Origin: Eledone cirrhosa
Lineage: Eukaryota
Reading direction: 5' to 3'
DNA: 64,000 nucleotides
NCBI GenBank assembly: GCA_964016885.1
Contig: OZ024740.1
Span: 230,392,001 to 230,456,000, forward strand
A program made the translations under genes and the position numbers. The notes beneath the pieces are model-generated. The model made no database searches. It was not told where the DNA came from and worked only from the letters and a program-made list of their open reading frames with translations. This document shows, in pieces, positions 40,601 through 57,285 of the stretch (the stretch's first letter is position 1; each line of letters begins with the position of its first letter).

Positions 40601-42850
40601 TGGTGTTGTTGGTGGTGTTAGTGGTAGTGCTGGTGGTGCTGTTGGTGGTGTTAGTGGTAGTGCTGGTGTTGTTGTTGGTGGTGTTAGTGGTAGTGCAGGT
40701 GGTGTTGTTGGTGGTGTTAGTGGTGGTGGTGGTGGTGCTGTTGGTGGTGTTAGTGGTAGTGCTGGTGGTGTTGTTGGTGGTGTTAGTGGTAGTGCTGGTG
40801 GTGTTGTTGGTGGTGTTAGTGGTAGTGCTGGTGGTGCTGTTGGTGGTGTTAGTGGTAGTGCTGGCGGTGTTGGTGGTGGTGTCAGTGGTAGTGCTGGTGG
40901 TGCTGTTGGTGGTGTTAGTGGTGGTGGTGGTGGTGCTGTTGGTGGTGTTAGTGGTAGTGCTGGTGGTGCTGTTGGTGGTGTTAGTGGTAGTGCTGGTGTT
41001 GTTGTTGGTGGTGTTAGTGGTAGTGCAGGTGGTGTTGTTGGTGGTGTTAGTGGTGGTGGTGGTGGTGTTGTTGGTGGTGTTAGTGGTAGTGCTGGTGGTG
41101 CTGTTGGTGGTGTTAGTGGTAGTGCTGGTGTTGTTGTTGGTGGTGTTAGTGGTAGTGCTGGTGGTGTTGTTGGTGGTGTTAGTGGTGGTGGTGTTGGTGC
41201 TGTTGGTGGTGTTAGTGGTAGTGCTGGTGGTGCTGTTGGTGGTGTTAGTGGTAGTGCTGGTGGTGCTGTTGGTGGTGTTAGTGGTCGTGCTGGTGGTGTT
41301 GTTGGTGGTGTTAGTGGTAGTGCTGGTGGTGTTGTTGGTGGTGTTAGTGGTAGTGCTGGTGTTGTTGTTGATGGTGTTAGTGGTAGTGCAGGTGGTGTTG
41401 TTGGTGGTGTTAGTGGTAGTGCTGGTGGTGTTGTTGGTGGTGTTTGTGGTAGTGCTGGTGGTGTTGTTGGTGGTGGTGTTAGTGCTAGTGCTGGTGGTGT
41501 TGTTGGTGGTGTTAGTGGTAGTGCTGGTGGTGTTGGTGTTAGTGGTAGTGCTGGTGGTGTTGTTGGTGGTGTTAGTGGTAGTGCTGGTGTTGTTGTTGGT
41601 GGTCGTGTTAGTGGTAGTGCTGGTGGTGTTGGTGGTGGTGTTAGTGGTAGTGCTGGTGGTGTTGTTGGTGGTGGTGTTAGTGCTAGTGCTGGTGGTGTTG
41701 TTGGTGGTGGTGTTAGTGGTAGTGCTGGTGGTGTTGTTGGTGGTGTTAGTGGTAGTGCTGGTGGTGTTGGTGGTGGTGTTAGTGGTAGTGCTGGTGGTGT
41801 TGTTGGTGGTGTTAGTGGTAGTGCTGGTGGTGTTGTTGGTGGTGTTAGTGGTAGTGCTGTTGGTGTTGGTGTTAGTGGTAGTGCTGGTGGTGTTGTTGGT
41901 GGTGTTAGTGGTAGTGCTGGTGGTGTTGTTGGTGGTGGTGTTAGTGGTAGTGCTGGTGGTGTTGGTGGTGGTGTTAGTGGTAGTGCTGGTGGTGTTGTTG
42001 GTGGTGGTGTTAGTGCTAGTGCTGGTGGTGTTGTTGGTGGTGGTGTTAGTGGTAGTGCTGGTGGTGTTGTTGGTGGTGTTAGTGGTAGTGCTGGTGGTGT
42101 TGGTGGTGGTGTTAGTGGTAGTGCTGGTGGTGTTGTTGGTGGTGTTTGTGGTAGTGCTGGTGGTGTTGTTGGTGGTGTTTGTGGTAGTGCTGGTGGTGTT
42201 GTTGGTGGTGTTAGTGGTAGTGTTGGTGGTGTTGTTGGTGGTGTTAGTGGTAGTGTTGGTGGTGTTGTGGGTGGTGTTAGTGGTAGTGCTGGTGGTGTTG
42301 TTGGTGATGTTAGTGGTAGTGTTGGTGGTGTTGTGGGTGGTGTTAGTGGTAGTGCTGGTGGTGTTGTTGGTGATGTTAGTGGTAGTGCTGGTGGTGTTGT
42401 TGGTGATGTTAGTGGTAGTGCTGGTGGTGTTGTTGGTGGTATTTGTGGTAGTGCTGGTGGTGTTGTTGGTGGTGTTAGTGGTAAGGCTGGTGGTGTTAGT
42501 GGTAGTGTTGGTGGTGCTGGTGGTGTTGTTGGTGGTGTTTGTGGTAGTGCTGGTGGTGTTGTTGTTGGTGTTAGTGGTAGTGCTGGTGGTGTTGTTGGTG
42601 GTGTTAATGGTAGTGTTGGTGGTGCTGGTGGTGTTGTTGGTGGTGTTAGTGGTAATGCTGGTGGTGTTGTTGGTGGTGTTAGTGATAGTGCTGGTGGTGT
42701 TGTTGGTGGTGGTGTTAGTGGTAGTGTTGGTGGTGTTGTTGGTGGTGGTGTTAGTGGTAGTGCTGGTGGTGTTGTGTGTGGTGTTAGTGGTGGTGGTGGT
42801 GGTGGTGGTGGTGGTGGTGGTGGTGGTGGTGGTGGTGGTGGTGGTGGTGA
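31690..42850. repeat. 33-bp minisatellite (GGTGGTGTTAGTGGTAGTGCTGGTGGTGTTGTT)n, about 11 kb
   Basis: Tandem array whose indels are all multiples of 3; + frame (GGVSGSAGGVV)n, - frame (NNTTSTTTNTT)n; internal ~3.5-kb duplication. Confidence 0.97.
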
Positions 42851-43362
42851 CGGTGGGGCCGATGTGGTTAAGAACAGTTGTGGTGGTGTTGTTGGTAGTA
42901 GTGGTGGTGGTCGTGACGGTGATGGTGGTACTGGTGCTGGTACTGGTGCTGGTACTAGTTATGATGGCGGTGGTACCGATGGTGTTGGGAACAGTCGTGG
43001 TGGTGTTTGTGGTGGTAGTGGTGGTGGCGGTGGTGGTGGTGGTGGTGGTAGGTGGTGGTAGTATTTGTAGTGGTTGTGGTCGACGTCCCCGTTTTTGCTG
43101 CTGTTGGTGGTGGTGTTAGTGGTGATGGCGGCGACAGAGGTGGTGGTGTTAGTGGTGATGGCGGCGACATAGGTGGTGAAGTTGGTGGGAGGTCTATCTA
43201 TATATCTGCTCAGTAGAGGAAAAAATACCAGACATTTTTCGACGCTGCATTGACTTTCTTTCATAAGAGAAATTTGATAGTATACTACAACAGCCTTACT
43301 TACTCCCCCTGTCTGACTGACTCTTCTGATTTCTCTCCATTACAGACAGCTACTTAGTTCTT

Positions 43363-45169
<1,807 letters not shown>

Positions 45170-45459
45170 TTGTTTAATTGTACACTAGATACACTAGACA
45201 GTCGATATATACGATAAATACATATCTATACAGGATTAACCGAGACTGCGTGAATCTATATATAAATGTAGGAATTGTGGGTTTCTGGGTCAGGTGAGAA
45301 AGAGAGAGGAAAGTATCCTTAAGCTTGAAACCTTATCAGAATACAACAACATGGACTCCGCTAAATGCTGATTGGTGGTGTTAAGCATGGTGATGGCTTA
45401 AGTCTACCGCCCAAATAGGCCACTGTGCTATTTAAAGTTAGAAGAGAAAGAGCAGGAAC

Positions 45460-45780
45460 AAATACCAGAAGGTATCTCATCCGACACTCTGACAATTCCA
45501 CAAATCCATAACTCTAGATTCGTACTTTATTTGATTGACCTTGAAAGGATGAAAAACGAAGTTGTCCTAGGTGGGATTTAAACTCGGAACATAAAGAGCC
45601 CGAGATATTACCTCAAGTCATCTCATTCGATGCTCTGAAAATTCCACCAATATCCTCGCTGAAACGAGGGAAGAAAAAGTTTACCTCGGTGGAACTTGAA
45701 CTCAAAACGCAGAAAACCAGGACAAATACCGCAAGGCATTTTGACCTATACGTTAACGATTCTACCAATTCGTGGCCTAA
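45460..45780 (-). mobile_element. Highly degenerate SINE A-like fragments
   Basis: GGATGAAAAACGAAGTTGTCCTAGGTGGGATTTAAACTC and ACCTCGGTGGAACTTGAACTC resemble the SINE core/B box. Confidence 0.6.
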
Positions 45781-45821
45781 AACTGCTATTTAAAGTTGCC
45801 TTTTTAGTTGCCTGTTTAGAC

Positions 45822-46017
45822 CAACATTTCTCAACTGGTGTTCCCCAGTACCCTAGAGTTCCGCGGGAGGTCGCTAGGGGTTCTGCGAAAAACAGTGATA
45901 AATAATCTAATGTAGTTTTTAGTAATAATGGTATATAATAATTTTTATGCAGGAGTTCCCTGAGACATGAAAACTATTTCAAGAGTTCCTCGGGGGTAAA
46001 AAGTTTGAAAAACGCTA
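45822..46017. mobile_element. hAT/Charlie-type MITE
   Basis: Degenerate TIRs CAACATTTCTCAAC / TTTGAAAAACGCTA and an 8-bp TSD GTTTAGAC (45814-45821) / GTCTAGAC (46018-46025) matching the NTCTAGAN preference of Charlie elements. Confidence 0.78.
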
Positions 46018-46208
46018 GTCTAGACTATGAATCTACAAAATGGAAGCATTTATTTAGCTTCTTGGTGTGTTTATCTGTTCAGATATGAAACCGCTTGAAA
46101 CCACCTCTAGTTCAACGATACAAAACTATTTATATTTATCTAAAAAAATAATTTTATATAATTTTATATAAGAACCTTTGTTACGTTATGCTTCAAACAC
46201 CAGCTAAA

Positions 46209-46397
46209 TAATTGTTTCTACTTTTGGCACAAGGCCAGCAATTAACCAGTGCATTACTGGTACTTTATTTTATCGACCCCGTAAGGATGAAAGGCAAAGT
46301 CAACCTCGGCGGGATTTGAACTCAGATCATAAAGGGACGTAACTATGCTGGAAAACATGGCGTCCGACCCTCTACCGATACTGCCAATCCACCGCCC
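46209..46397 (-). mobile_element. tRNA-derived SINE (family A, short form) with 19-bp TSD
   Basis: CAAACACCAGCTAAATAAT at 46194-46212 and 46397-46415. Confidence 0.95.
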
Positions 46398-46411
46398 AAA
46401 CACCAGCTAAA

Positions 46412-46605
46412 TAATGGTTTCTGATTTAGGCACATGCCAACAATTTTAGGAGGAGGGAAAGTCGATTAAATCGATTTCTGAGCGTTACTGGTACTTTATT
46501 TTCTCGACCCCGTCATGGATGAAAGGCAAAGTTAACCTAGAGGAGACTTGAACTCAGAACGTAACTATATGCTGCAAAGCATATTGACCGACGCTCTACC
46601 GATGC
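46412..46605 (-). mobile_element. Older SINE (family A, long form)
   Basis: Contains the extra GGAGGAGGGAAAGTCGATTAAATCGA segment; more diverged. Confidence 0.85.
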
Positions 46606-46822
46606 CTGATAAATAATGAGAAAAAGAGTTATATTGCTAAATCCCTCCAAATTCTTCACTATTTTCAAAATTATTTTATAATTTTAGGCAGAGTTTTTTT
46701 GTTGTTTTTTATTAGAAATATGATAACGAAAGGGTTAATGTCGTCGTTTCCCAGCTTTGCACTAAATCCTTTCGTGATATTGTTTTCACTCATCCATGAA
46801 TATTTCTTTCAATTGTTTTTAG

Positions 46823-46880
46823 ACCAAGAGATTGAGTGATGTTCATACATTTCCTAAAGCTATAAGCAATTGTAATTGGA
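46823..46880 (+). CDS. Candidate internal exon of an unidentified host gene
   Basis: Strong acceptor TTTCTTTCAATTGTTTTTAG|, consensus donor |GTGAGT; TKRLSDVHTFPKAISNCNW (phase 0 to 1). Confidence 0.4.
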
Positions 46881-47811
46881 GTGAGTTTCTCGGAGGATCT
46901 CATCTATTAATCCCCGACACTCGCTATTCTCATAATATAAACATTATGAAAAGATGTGTTGCTAAGTGTAACAATTCAATACACAGCATCGGAAAATATC
47001 TAAATAGCGCAACACGATGATGATTCATAGAAATGTTAATCTCATAGGCAACAAAATACGTCACTTGTAAGACGTGTATAATTCTTATGCATGTCCCTAT
47101 TGATCAGCAAATTTTGATACTAAATACAGATTTCGATATGGCTTGTGTGCTCCCAAGTATTAACTCAAACTGATTTTTTTTTCTTATTATTTATAACTGC
47201 CTTAAGTGATGTGTCTAACTCTATATCTGTATGAACTGTATGAACTATGAACTACGTGCACTCATTCATCTAAACATGAGACATACGTTTCTGAGGAATT
47301 TTGATATTGAATATTCTTTCTAAAAAAAAAAAGCAGAAAAACAACATTAAGCTAAGCAAAATAACTAAAAAAGACTGTATTAATTTTTGGCTTAATTTAA
47401 ATGACATTCACCGTCGAAACACAAATCAGATAGATTATTGCGTCAAAATATGATTGCTACCGATTGCTATGTTAATCCACTAAACCACGATTAATTGAGT
47501 GAGCTTATGTTAGTGAGCTTAAGCTAAAGTTAGGACCTTGGTTCACGTAAACTTAGTCGTAACAGTAATGCAACTAAAAGATGGTGTAACTAAACTGTGC
47601 TATGATTAAGAAGATGGTTAACATTTCACATATAATAGGCACTGCAACTAATAGTCTTCATTTTATTTTACAAAGCTGTTTATACAAAAACAAAACACAC
47701 TATTAAAGGGGACAAAAGAAAAGAAATGAAAACAAGAAAAAGAAAAAAAGAATTAAGCAACGAAAGAAAGGGAGAGGGGGACGGACATTATTTCCCAGTT
47801 TGAGCGGTGTA

Positions 47812-48200
47812 TCAGCTGCGGCCCGTGGACAAAATGGCAAAGGCATTACCGCGGAGAATGGCGAGAGTCAAGCTCTGCAAAAGCCATTCCACCACATGGG
47901 ATTTCTTCCTCAAGCGGGCTGCCGTCTTTCCGATTTTACGGAGGAAATCAGCAGTGCGGGGACCAGGGACACTAGAGGTTTCGGCGGAGACCGGTACAAA
48001 GAGGAAGCAGTCGATCAAGCCCTGATATTTAACTATCTTCCTCTCTTCTTTGGTAATACGGGGACCAAGGACACCAGAGGTCTTAACGGAGACAGGTACA
48101 AAGAGGAAGCGGTCGGTCAAGCCCTGATATTTAACTATTTTCCTCTCCTTTGTGGTAATATGGGAACCGAGGACACCAGAAGCTTCGACAGAGACCGGTC
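47812..48200 (-). mobile_element. CRE-like non-LTR retrotransposon C-terminus (restriction-like endonuclease) with internal 102-bp tandem repeats
   Basis: EERKIVKYQGL..FLFVPVSAETSSVPGPRTADFLRKIGK...WLLQSLTLAILRGNAFAILST* matches the ExxKxxKY / FVPxxxETxGxxG / QRLSxAIQRGNA motifs of CRE-type RLE domains. Confidence 0.78.
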
Positions 48201-48803
48201 GCTCAGAAGTCTGACCACCAACACAAAAGCATTATTCTATCTGATATATCATACGTCTCTTGTAAGACATAATTACTTATACATGTATGTCCCTATAGAT
48301 CAGCTATTTCTAACACTAAATACACTACTTCATCACCAATGAGACTTCAAAGAACCACAAATGAGCAGACGATTCAATGGAAGTTCGGTTGTCTTTATTG
48401 TTATTGCTACTGCTGTTGTTATTGCTGTTGTTAGTAGTGTTGTTGTTCGTGTTATCGTTGTTGTTGTTGTTGTTGTTGTTGTTGCTGGTGTCGGTAGTGT
48501 TGCTGTTGTTGTTGTTGTTGTTGGTTAGTTAGTTATAGTGGTGGTGGTGGCTATCATCGTCGTCGTGGTAAGATGGTGGAGGGATAAGAGAGAAAAGAGA
48601 GAGGGGGAGGATCAGAGTGGTCGTGGTGGTAGTGTGATTAAAATGAAGTATATGTAAGAATGGCGGAGATTGTTTTAAGTAAAACAGCACCTGGACACGT
48701 CAACACATTTTATGATTGGCATATTTTGGAGAAGGCGGGGTGTATTGGAGGAACTTTCTACAGTAAATGAGTGATGGTAATTTGACGAGACATACAGAAG
48801 ATG

Positions 48804-48874
<71 letters not shown>

Positions 48875-49252
48875 AGGAAAAGGAAGAGCATTTGGGGGAG
48901 TCTTTGGCCATGCTAGTAGCAATGCATCATGGCATAAACGATATGTAGATTCGTAGTTAGTTATAAAGAAGCAAATATTACAACAGCTAAAGCTGATCTA
49001 TGACGAATAAGCCACTCTCTCTCTCTCTATCTATCTATCTCTATCTCACTCTCCCTCTCTCTCTCCCTCACCTCTAACCCCTTTCACCATATATATATAT
49101 AACCTCTCTCTCTCCCTCTCTCTCCTACAACACTACAACTACAACTGTCGCGCCATATATCTTTTCCGTCATGAGGAATTCATGCGATTATGTTTTTATT
49201 TATTGATGTCATTTCCACCAGAAGGATGACATTGACTGATTCGTATTATGGT

Positions 49253-49357
<105 letters not shown>

Positions 49358-49439
49358 GCGTGTATTTATGTATATATGTATGTATGTATGCATGCATGTA
49401 TGTGTGTATGTATATTATGTATATGTTGTTATTTTATTC

Positions 49440-49473
<34 letters not shown>

Positions 49474-49698
49474 GCTAAGTCCTTGCGCACTCTATTTTTG
49501 TATAATTTGCTTAATGGCATAACTTGTCGTTTCGTTACCTGTTTTGTTATGTTCCAATGTGTGCTGGAATGAGTGATTTCGACATTAATTAAACCGAAAC
49601 CATAGTGACTTCCAGAGATTGACTGAGGGGATGAGACTGTCTGTCTTTCCGTTGTTGTTTTTGTTTTCCCAATGTCATTGACTTATGCGCTCCCTATT

Positions 49699-50682
<984 letters not shown>

Positions 50683-50814
50683 GTTCTAAACCAAATCGAT
50701 GGTTCTGAACGCAACATGTCCGTATGGTTAAAAAGTTCCTTTCGCAAGTATGGGGTTCATTCTCCAAACAGCTGATGTAAATATGAATTGTCCCGTAACT
50801 TCTAAAGGAGTCGT

Positions 50815-51080
50815 AGTTGCGTAGAGCGTTTCTTGGGCATTTTTAAACCTGGTGGGGCCCATCTCCTCTCCAGGTTTGAGTACAGCCAATTTCTTCCAGA
50901 GAAGGCTAGAGAGTGCGAGAATTGAAGTGAGAAAGAGAAATAGAAAAAAAATGGATCCCACTCATGGATGAAAGGTAAAGTTGACCTCGGTGGGATTTGA
51001 ACTGAGAGAGCGGTGGGACGGAACGAATACTGCAAAGCATTCTGTACGACGTTCTAACGACTCTGCCAATACGCTGCCCT
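50815..51080 (-). mobile_element. SINE family C
   Basis: A box/B box on the minus strand plus the tail shared with 28420 and 55185. Confidence 0.8.
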
Positions 51081-51261
51081 GATGCAAAAATTCATGTATT
51101 ATGTTAAAATTATCGAACTGTAATCGAAGCTAATAAATTATGGAAAGATTATTTTATCTATTTGCCCCATAACCTCCTAGACCCCGGAGTCCCCGTGTTC
51201 TGTTGCCATTGATATACTATATATATTAATATAACCGACATCATGGTGGACAACACACTCA

Positions 51262-51640
51262 TACTTCTTCTTTGCCCAATTATTCCTGAGAGGGTCGTGG
51301 GCGGCAGAGTCGTCAAACACTCCTTCCAGCGGGTCCTGTCAGAAGCAACCGTTCCCAAATGATTCGACTGGATCCCCAAGCATGACCAGCCAAGTTCATG
51401 GATGTTATCCAAACATCTTGCTCGGGTTTTACCCCTGGGTCTCCTGCCGGTTGGTTTTGCCCGTAAAATCTGTCCAGCTATTCTTTACCGAGACATTCTA
51501 ACCACATGCCCACAGTATCGGAGTTTTAATCTCTCAATTCGGAGAAATAGCGACTCTACCTGGAGTGACTCTCTCATCTTGGAGCTACGCACTCTATCGA
51601 GTAACGTTGCTCCAAAGACCCTTCGGGGGAACCCCCATTC
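51262..51640 (-). mobile_element. RTE LINE 3' end (same family as 22328-22975)
   Basis: DNIHELGWSCLGIQSNHLGTVASDRTRWKECLTTLPP; nucleotide homology to 22350-22595. Confidence 0.85.
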
Positions 51641-52469
51641 TAAACACATGCCTTAGTTCAAAGACTAAGATTCTAAAATATTTATAACTGATTCGGAGGA
51701 ATATCATTTAGAGAAGGAAAATTCCAGTTTCGATACATTACCCTCTATTTAGACAGCTCTAGTGTTGTTATAATCAGATATTTGTATAAGTTTTTTTGTC
51801 TTTTTCTATCGCTCATCCGTTCATTAACTCAACTGTTAATATATTTGTAGAAATCTTCTTTCTTGTACGATATATCTACGAGAATACCTTTGATTAATTT
51901 TCTAGCTAACTTTACTTTCATGTTACTTCAATTCCAATCCGGAAGTCTCGGCTTATCATTGATTTTAGTTTCCAATAGCTAGCAGATGTAAGTTTATTAA
52001 TAAGCAACGAAAATTGGCCGGTTATTTATCATTATTTTTTTTTTTTTTAAGAACTTCTGAACAGCCATTGCTATTAAGGTTTTCAAGTTTTCAGTTCAAA
52101 ATTCTTAATGATACGCATTTCATTTTCATTATAAATATTTTCCTTGTTTCCTATATTTTATTTATTGATTAACTTATTTTTGTATTTTAATGATTTGTTC
52201 AAATTCCATTTAAGAGCTGTGCTGTTTGTCTCATTAGTGTGTAAATGAAATGCAGTGTTGATGATGTTACTGTTGATATTAATGAAATGTTTTCATTAAT
52301 ACGCCATTTTGTTTGTGTTTTATATTTTGTTTTTACAACATAAACCTTGTTATCAATTTTAATTTCTATATAAAACTGTTGCTTTAGAACTGATTATTTC
52401 CAAGTTCATTAACGAAATACTATTTTCGGCCATATTATATTTGTCCTTGCTTTGTGTTCTATTGTTGAT

Positions 52470-52493
52470 GCCGTTGTTATTGTGGTAGTGGTT

Positions 52494-52525
<32 letters not shown>

Positions 52526-52912
52526 GCTGCTGTTGCTACTGCTGTTGTTTTATTTAGCCTGTTATTGTTGCTGTTGTTGTTTTATTTAGCCTGTTACTGT
52601 TGCTGTTGTTGTTGATGTTGTTTTGCTGTTGTTTTATTTAGCCTGTTACTGTTGCTGTTGTTGTTGATGTTGTTTTGCTGTTGTTTTATTTAGCCTGTTA
52701 CTGTTGCTGTTGTTGTTGATGTTGTTTTGCTGTTGATGTTGTTTTGTTGTTATTGTTGCTGTTGCTTTGTTGCTGTTGCCGTTGTTGCTGCTAATGTTAC
52801 TGTTGTTGTTGCTGTTGTTGTTGCGGCTGTTGTTGTTGTTACTTCTGAAGCTGTTGCTGTTGATACTGTTGCTGCTATTATTGTCATTGCTATTGATGTT
52901 GTTGGTGCTGCT

Positions 52913-52948
<36 letters not shown>

Positions 52949-53350
52949 GCTTCTGCTGCTTTTGCTATTGTTGTTGTTGCTTCTGCTGCTGTTGTTATTG
53001 TCGTTATTATTGCTTCTGCTGCTGTTGCTATTGTTGTTGTTGTTGCTTCTGCTGCTGTTTTTATTGTTGTTATTGCTTCTGCTGCTATTGCTATTGTTGC
53101 TGTTGCTATTGTTGTGTTGTTGTTTCTGCTGCTGTTATTATTGTTGCTGTTGTTGCTATTGTTGTTGTTGTTGCTTCTGCTGCTGTTGCTACTGTTGCTG
53201 TTGTTGCTTCTGCTGCTGTTGCTATTGTTGTTGTTGTTGGTGGTGTTGTTGTTGCTTCTGCTGCTGTTGTTATTGTTGATGTTTTTGCTGTTGTTGCTGT
53301 CCTTGTTGTTGCCGTTGTATTGGTTGGACTCGTCTTTGTCGTTACTGCTG
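52470..53350. repeat. (GTT/GCT)n degenerate trinucleotide repeat with ~50-bp tandem subunits
   Basis: TTTATTTAGCCTGTTA repeated 4 times at 52550-52700. Confidence 0.9.
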
Positions 53351-53630
53351 TCACCACTGTCTTTTACAATTGTAGTTGATGTCGTTGCTACTGTCGCTTC
53401 ATTTGTCTATCTTTCACTCGCCATAATTTAATTGATTGTTATTAAAGCAAAATATTGTTATTGGCTATTCTAATCAGTATAATCCAATTACCAACGAATG
53501 ATAATGGTGCAAGTTCAATAATCGATAAATATCTCAACGAAATTAAACTCCTTTCTGTATGAAATTTGTGATTGGGAAAAATTTGAATTAGAGTTTGTGT
53601 GATATTCAGACTTTAGAAGGGCGTGAGTGT

Positions 53631-53968
53631 GAGGGTGCGTTGCTTAGTGTTTAGGGTTTTCGGCTCATGATCGTAAGGACGTGAGTTTGATTCTCGATGA
53701 AGCATTGTGTCCTTCAGCAAGACACTATTTCACGTTACTCAAGTTCACCCAGCTGGCAAAAAAAAAATGAGTTGTACCTGAAATTCAAAGGTCCAGTTCA
53801 GTCAGGCCTGGTTTTGTCACACATACTATCACGCTAAATCTTCCTGGGAATTACGTTAGGGTGCTCGTGTCTGTGAAATGCATATTCACTTGCATTTTAA
53901 TTTCATGTGTAGGCGGTTTCATTTATTGAATCAACTGGAACACTCTTCGTCGGAACTGACCGAGATCC
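53631..53968 (+). mobile_element. tRNA-derived SINE family B (GTGTCCTTxAGCAAGACACT core)
   Basis: Degenerate A/B boxes and core homologous to 56030-56158. Confidence 0.72.
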
Positions 53969-54065
53969 AGCAACAACAGCAACATTTATTGTGCTGTGAA
54001 ATATCTGGCAACTAGTGAATGGTCGGCTCAATTGCGGTAATTAATTTATCGATTCATCGATCAAC

Positions 54066-54156
<91 letters not shown>

Positions 54157-54381
54157 GGGAAGTGAGAATGGGAGAGATAGAAAGATTTCTTGACAGTGAG
54201 TCAGGGAAAGAGAGAGAGTGGGGGAGAAAGGGAGGGGGTTTGGGAAAGCTTTGGAAAGAGCTAGAGGTAGTAACATGTTGATATTGAAATAGAGAAAGGC
54301 AAGGGAAGAAAATAGAGAGACTATTTGATAGAGGAAGAGAGAAAGGGAGATTATGAGATGGAGAGGGGGGAAAATACAGAA

Positions 54382-54432
<51 letters not shown>

Positions 54433-54784
54433 ATAACATGGGAAAATAAAGATTGAGAGAGACGGGGAATCTAACCGAAATAGAAAGAGAGAAAAATAGA
54501 AGGGAAAAGACAATATGAAAAAGAGGAAGGATCTATGGCGGGTTAGTAAGACAGATGGTTTGACAGTGAGAATAAAGAAAGAATGATGTGTGCATGCGCG
54601 GAGATGCTATAGAATAGCTTATAAAATAGTGTGGAGACCCATAAAAGATGGAAAAAGAATTTATCATCGGCCGCTTTGTTCTGGTTCACTGCTATCTGAT
54701 TTCAAATCCCACCATGGTCAACTTTTCTTTCCTTTCCAGTACAATAAAAAACAGTACCAGTCCAGTATTGAAGTCGATTCTTCT

Positions 54785-54831
<47 letters not shown>

Positions 54832-55104
54832 CTCTTTCTTTATTACTTTCTCTCCCTCCCCTCTCTCTCTCTCTTTATTACTTTCTCTCCCTCCTCTCTC
54901 TTTATTACTTTCTCTCCCCCTCTCTCTTTTCTCTCTCTTTATTACTTTCTCTCCCTCCTCTCTACATTTTTAAACAATAAAGACAAATAAAATATAATTT
55001 AGTTTTATTAATGTGAGACTTGGTATTTGGTATAGGTCAACTAACAGAAAACTGTATTACGGTTATGAAAAAAATTCTAAATAAGCCTACAAGGTAAAAA
55101 TTAA

Positions 55105-55181
55105 AAATGGTCATCGTGGGCCACTCTGACTGGTCTGGTGGGTCGGATTGTGGCCCGTGGGCCACCTGTTGCACGCCCCTG
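55105..55181. mobile_element. hAT-type transposon terminal fragment
   Basis: GGCCCGTGGGCCACCTGTTGCACGCCCCTG resembles Charlie/Chap-type subterminal and TIR sequence; partner TIR not seen. Confidence 0.5.
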
Positions 55182-55184
55182 CTG

Positions 55185-55435
55185 TACAGTATTCGTTTCG
55201 GCTCTCTGTTCCTTCAGCTCAAATGCCGCCGGGGTCAATTTTGCCTTTCATCCATTCAAGATCGATAAAAAAGTACCAGTCTAGTACTGGGGTCGATTCT
55301 TCCACCATATCTCTTTCTTATTTCCATTATCTCACTCTCTCTCTCTCTATTCTTCGCTGGAAGAAATCTGCTGTGTTCAGACCTGGAGAGAAGATGGGCT
55401 CTGCCAGGTATAAAACTGCCCTAGAAACGCCGTAT
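55185..55435 (+). mobile_element. SINE family C
   Basis: Reverse-complement homology to 50815-51030. Confidence 0.78.
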
Positions 55436-55875
55436 GTCAATAAGGAACACCTACCTTTCTCGGGAGTTACGGGACCATATATGCAAATACTGTAATGCCT
55501 TTAGTTCTGTAATGCCTATCGCCTGAAGAAGGAGTCCTGTGAGGTAGATTTGCTGATACAGTGGATATCTCTGGCTGTTCTCCGTGGAAATATTTTCCTT
55601 ACCATGTCCATGGCGTGCAACTGAGAGATATACTTCATGTAGAGTTTGCCTCCACTCTATTTCTTCCTGGTCTCCCTATCCTAAAAGTTTTCTTTTAAAT
55701 GTTTTCCTTCCTCCCTTTTCTATTTTGTCTTCTTCTCTCTCTTTCTCTCTCTCTCTATCTATCTCTATCTATCTATCTCTCTATCTCTGTATGTATATAT
55801 ATGTATTGTACTGTGTCGTTTGCTTTGTTATTTCTGTTAGCCTTTTACATATATATATATATATCAATCTCTGAA

Positions 55876-55935
<60 letters not shown>

Positions 55936-56029
55936 TTTTTTTAAGCGATCGACTTTCGTCAAATCGGACCGAGGAAACAATGTTTCCGTTGGTCTTTCCA
56001 ATTGCTAATACTATCTATCGGTCGCAACT

Positions 56030-56158
56030 CCAGGTAGAAGGAGCAACGTGAAATAAAGTGTCTTGCTCAAGGACATAACGCATCGCCTGGTCCAGGAATC
56101 GAACTCACAACTTCACGATTGCGAATCCAATTCTCTAACCACTCAGCCACACGCCTTC
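56030..56158 (-). mobile_element. SINE family B 5' part
   Basis: TGGCTGAGTGG A box, GAGTTCGATTCC B box, TGTCCTTGAGCAAGACACTT core. Confidence 0.85.
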
Positions 56159-56203
56159 ATATATATATATATATGAAGGCGTGTGGCTGAGTGGTTAGAG
56201 AAT

Positions 56204-56366
<163 letters not shown>

Positions 56367-56371
56367 TATAC

Positions 56372-57126
<755 letters not shown>

Positions 57127-57239
57127 GAATGTATATATAGTGTATTTTGAAATACACTGTATGCTTAATTAAAAGCATTTCGAAGACCTTATGCTATTGT
57201 TTTAGAGTAGTGACAGTCTCACTTACTTTAAATTTTCAG

Positions 57240-57285
57240 CAAACAGGGGAGATAAAGCTGACAGAGCTATGTTTCGTACTGATTG
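57240..57285 (+). CDS. Candidate internal exon of an unidentified host gene
   Basis: TTTAAATTTTCAG| acceptor, TG|GTACTT donor; NRGDKADRAMFRTD (phase 1 to 2). Confidence 0.3.

Noticed and set aside
31624-43119. Poly-Val/Leu ORFs as membrane proteins
   Set aside because: Alternative frame of the 33-bp array.
43310-43350. Branch point, polypyrimidine tract and CAG acceptor
   Set aside because: Runs into microsatellite within 20 bp with no credible donor.
51851-51993. Candidate exon ending at a GTAAGT donor
   Set aside because: All frames from the plausible upstream acceptors contain stops, apart from a 19-bp option.
55520-55600. CTGAAGA...GAAA possible hammerhead
   Set aside because: Stems I and III cannot be formed and stem II closure is poor.
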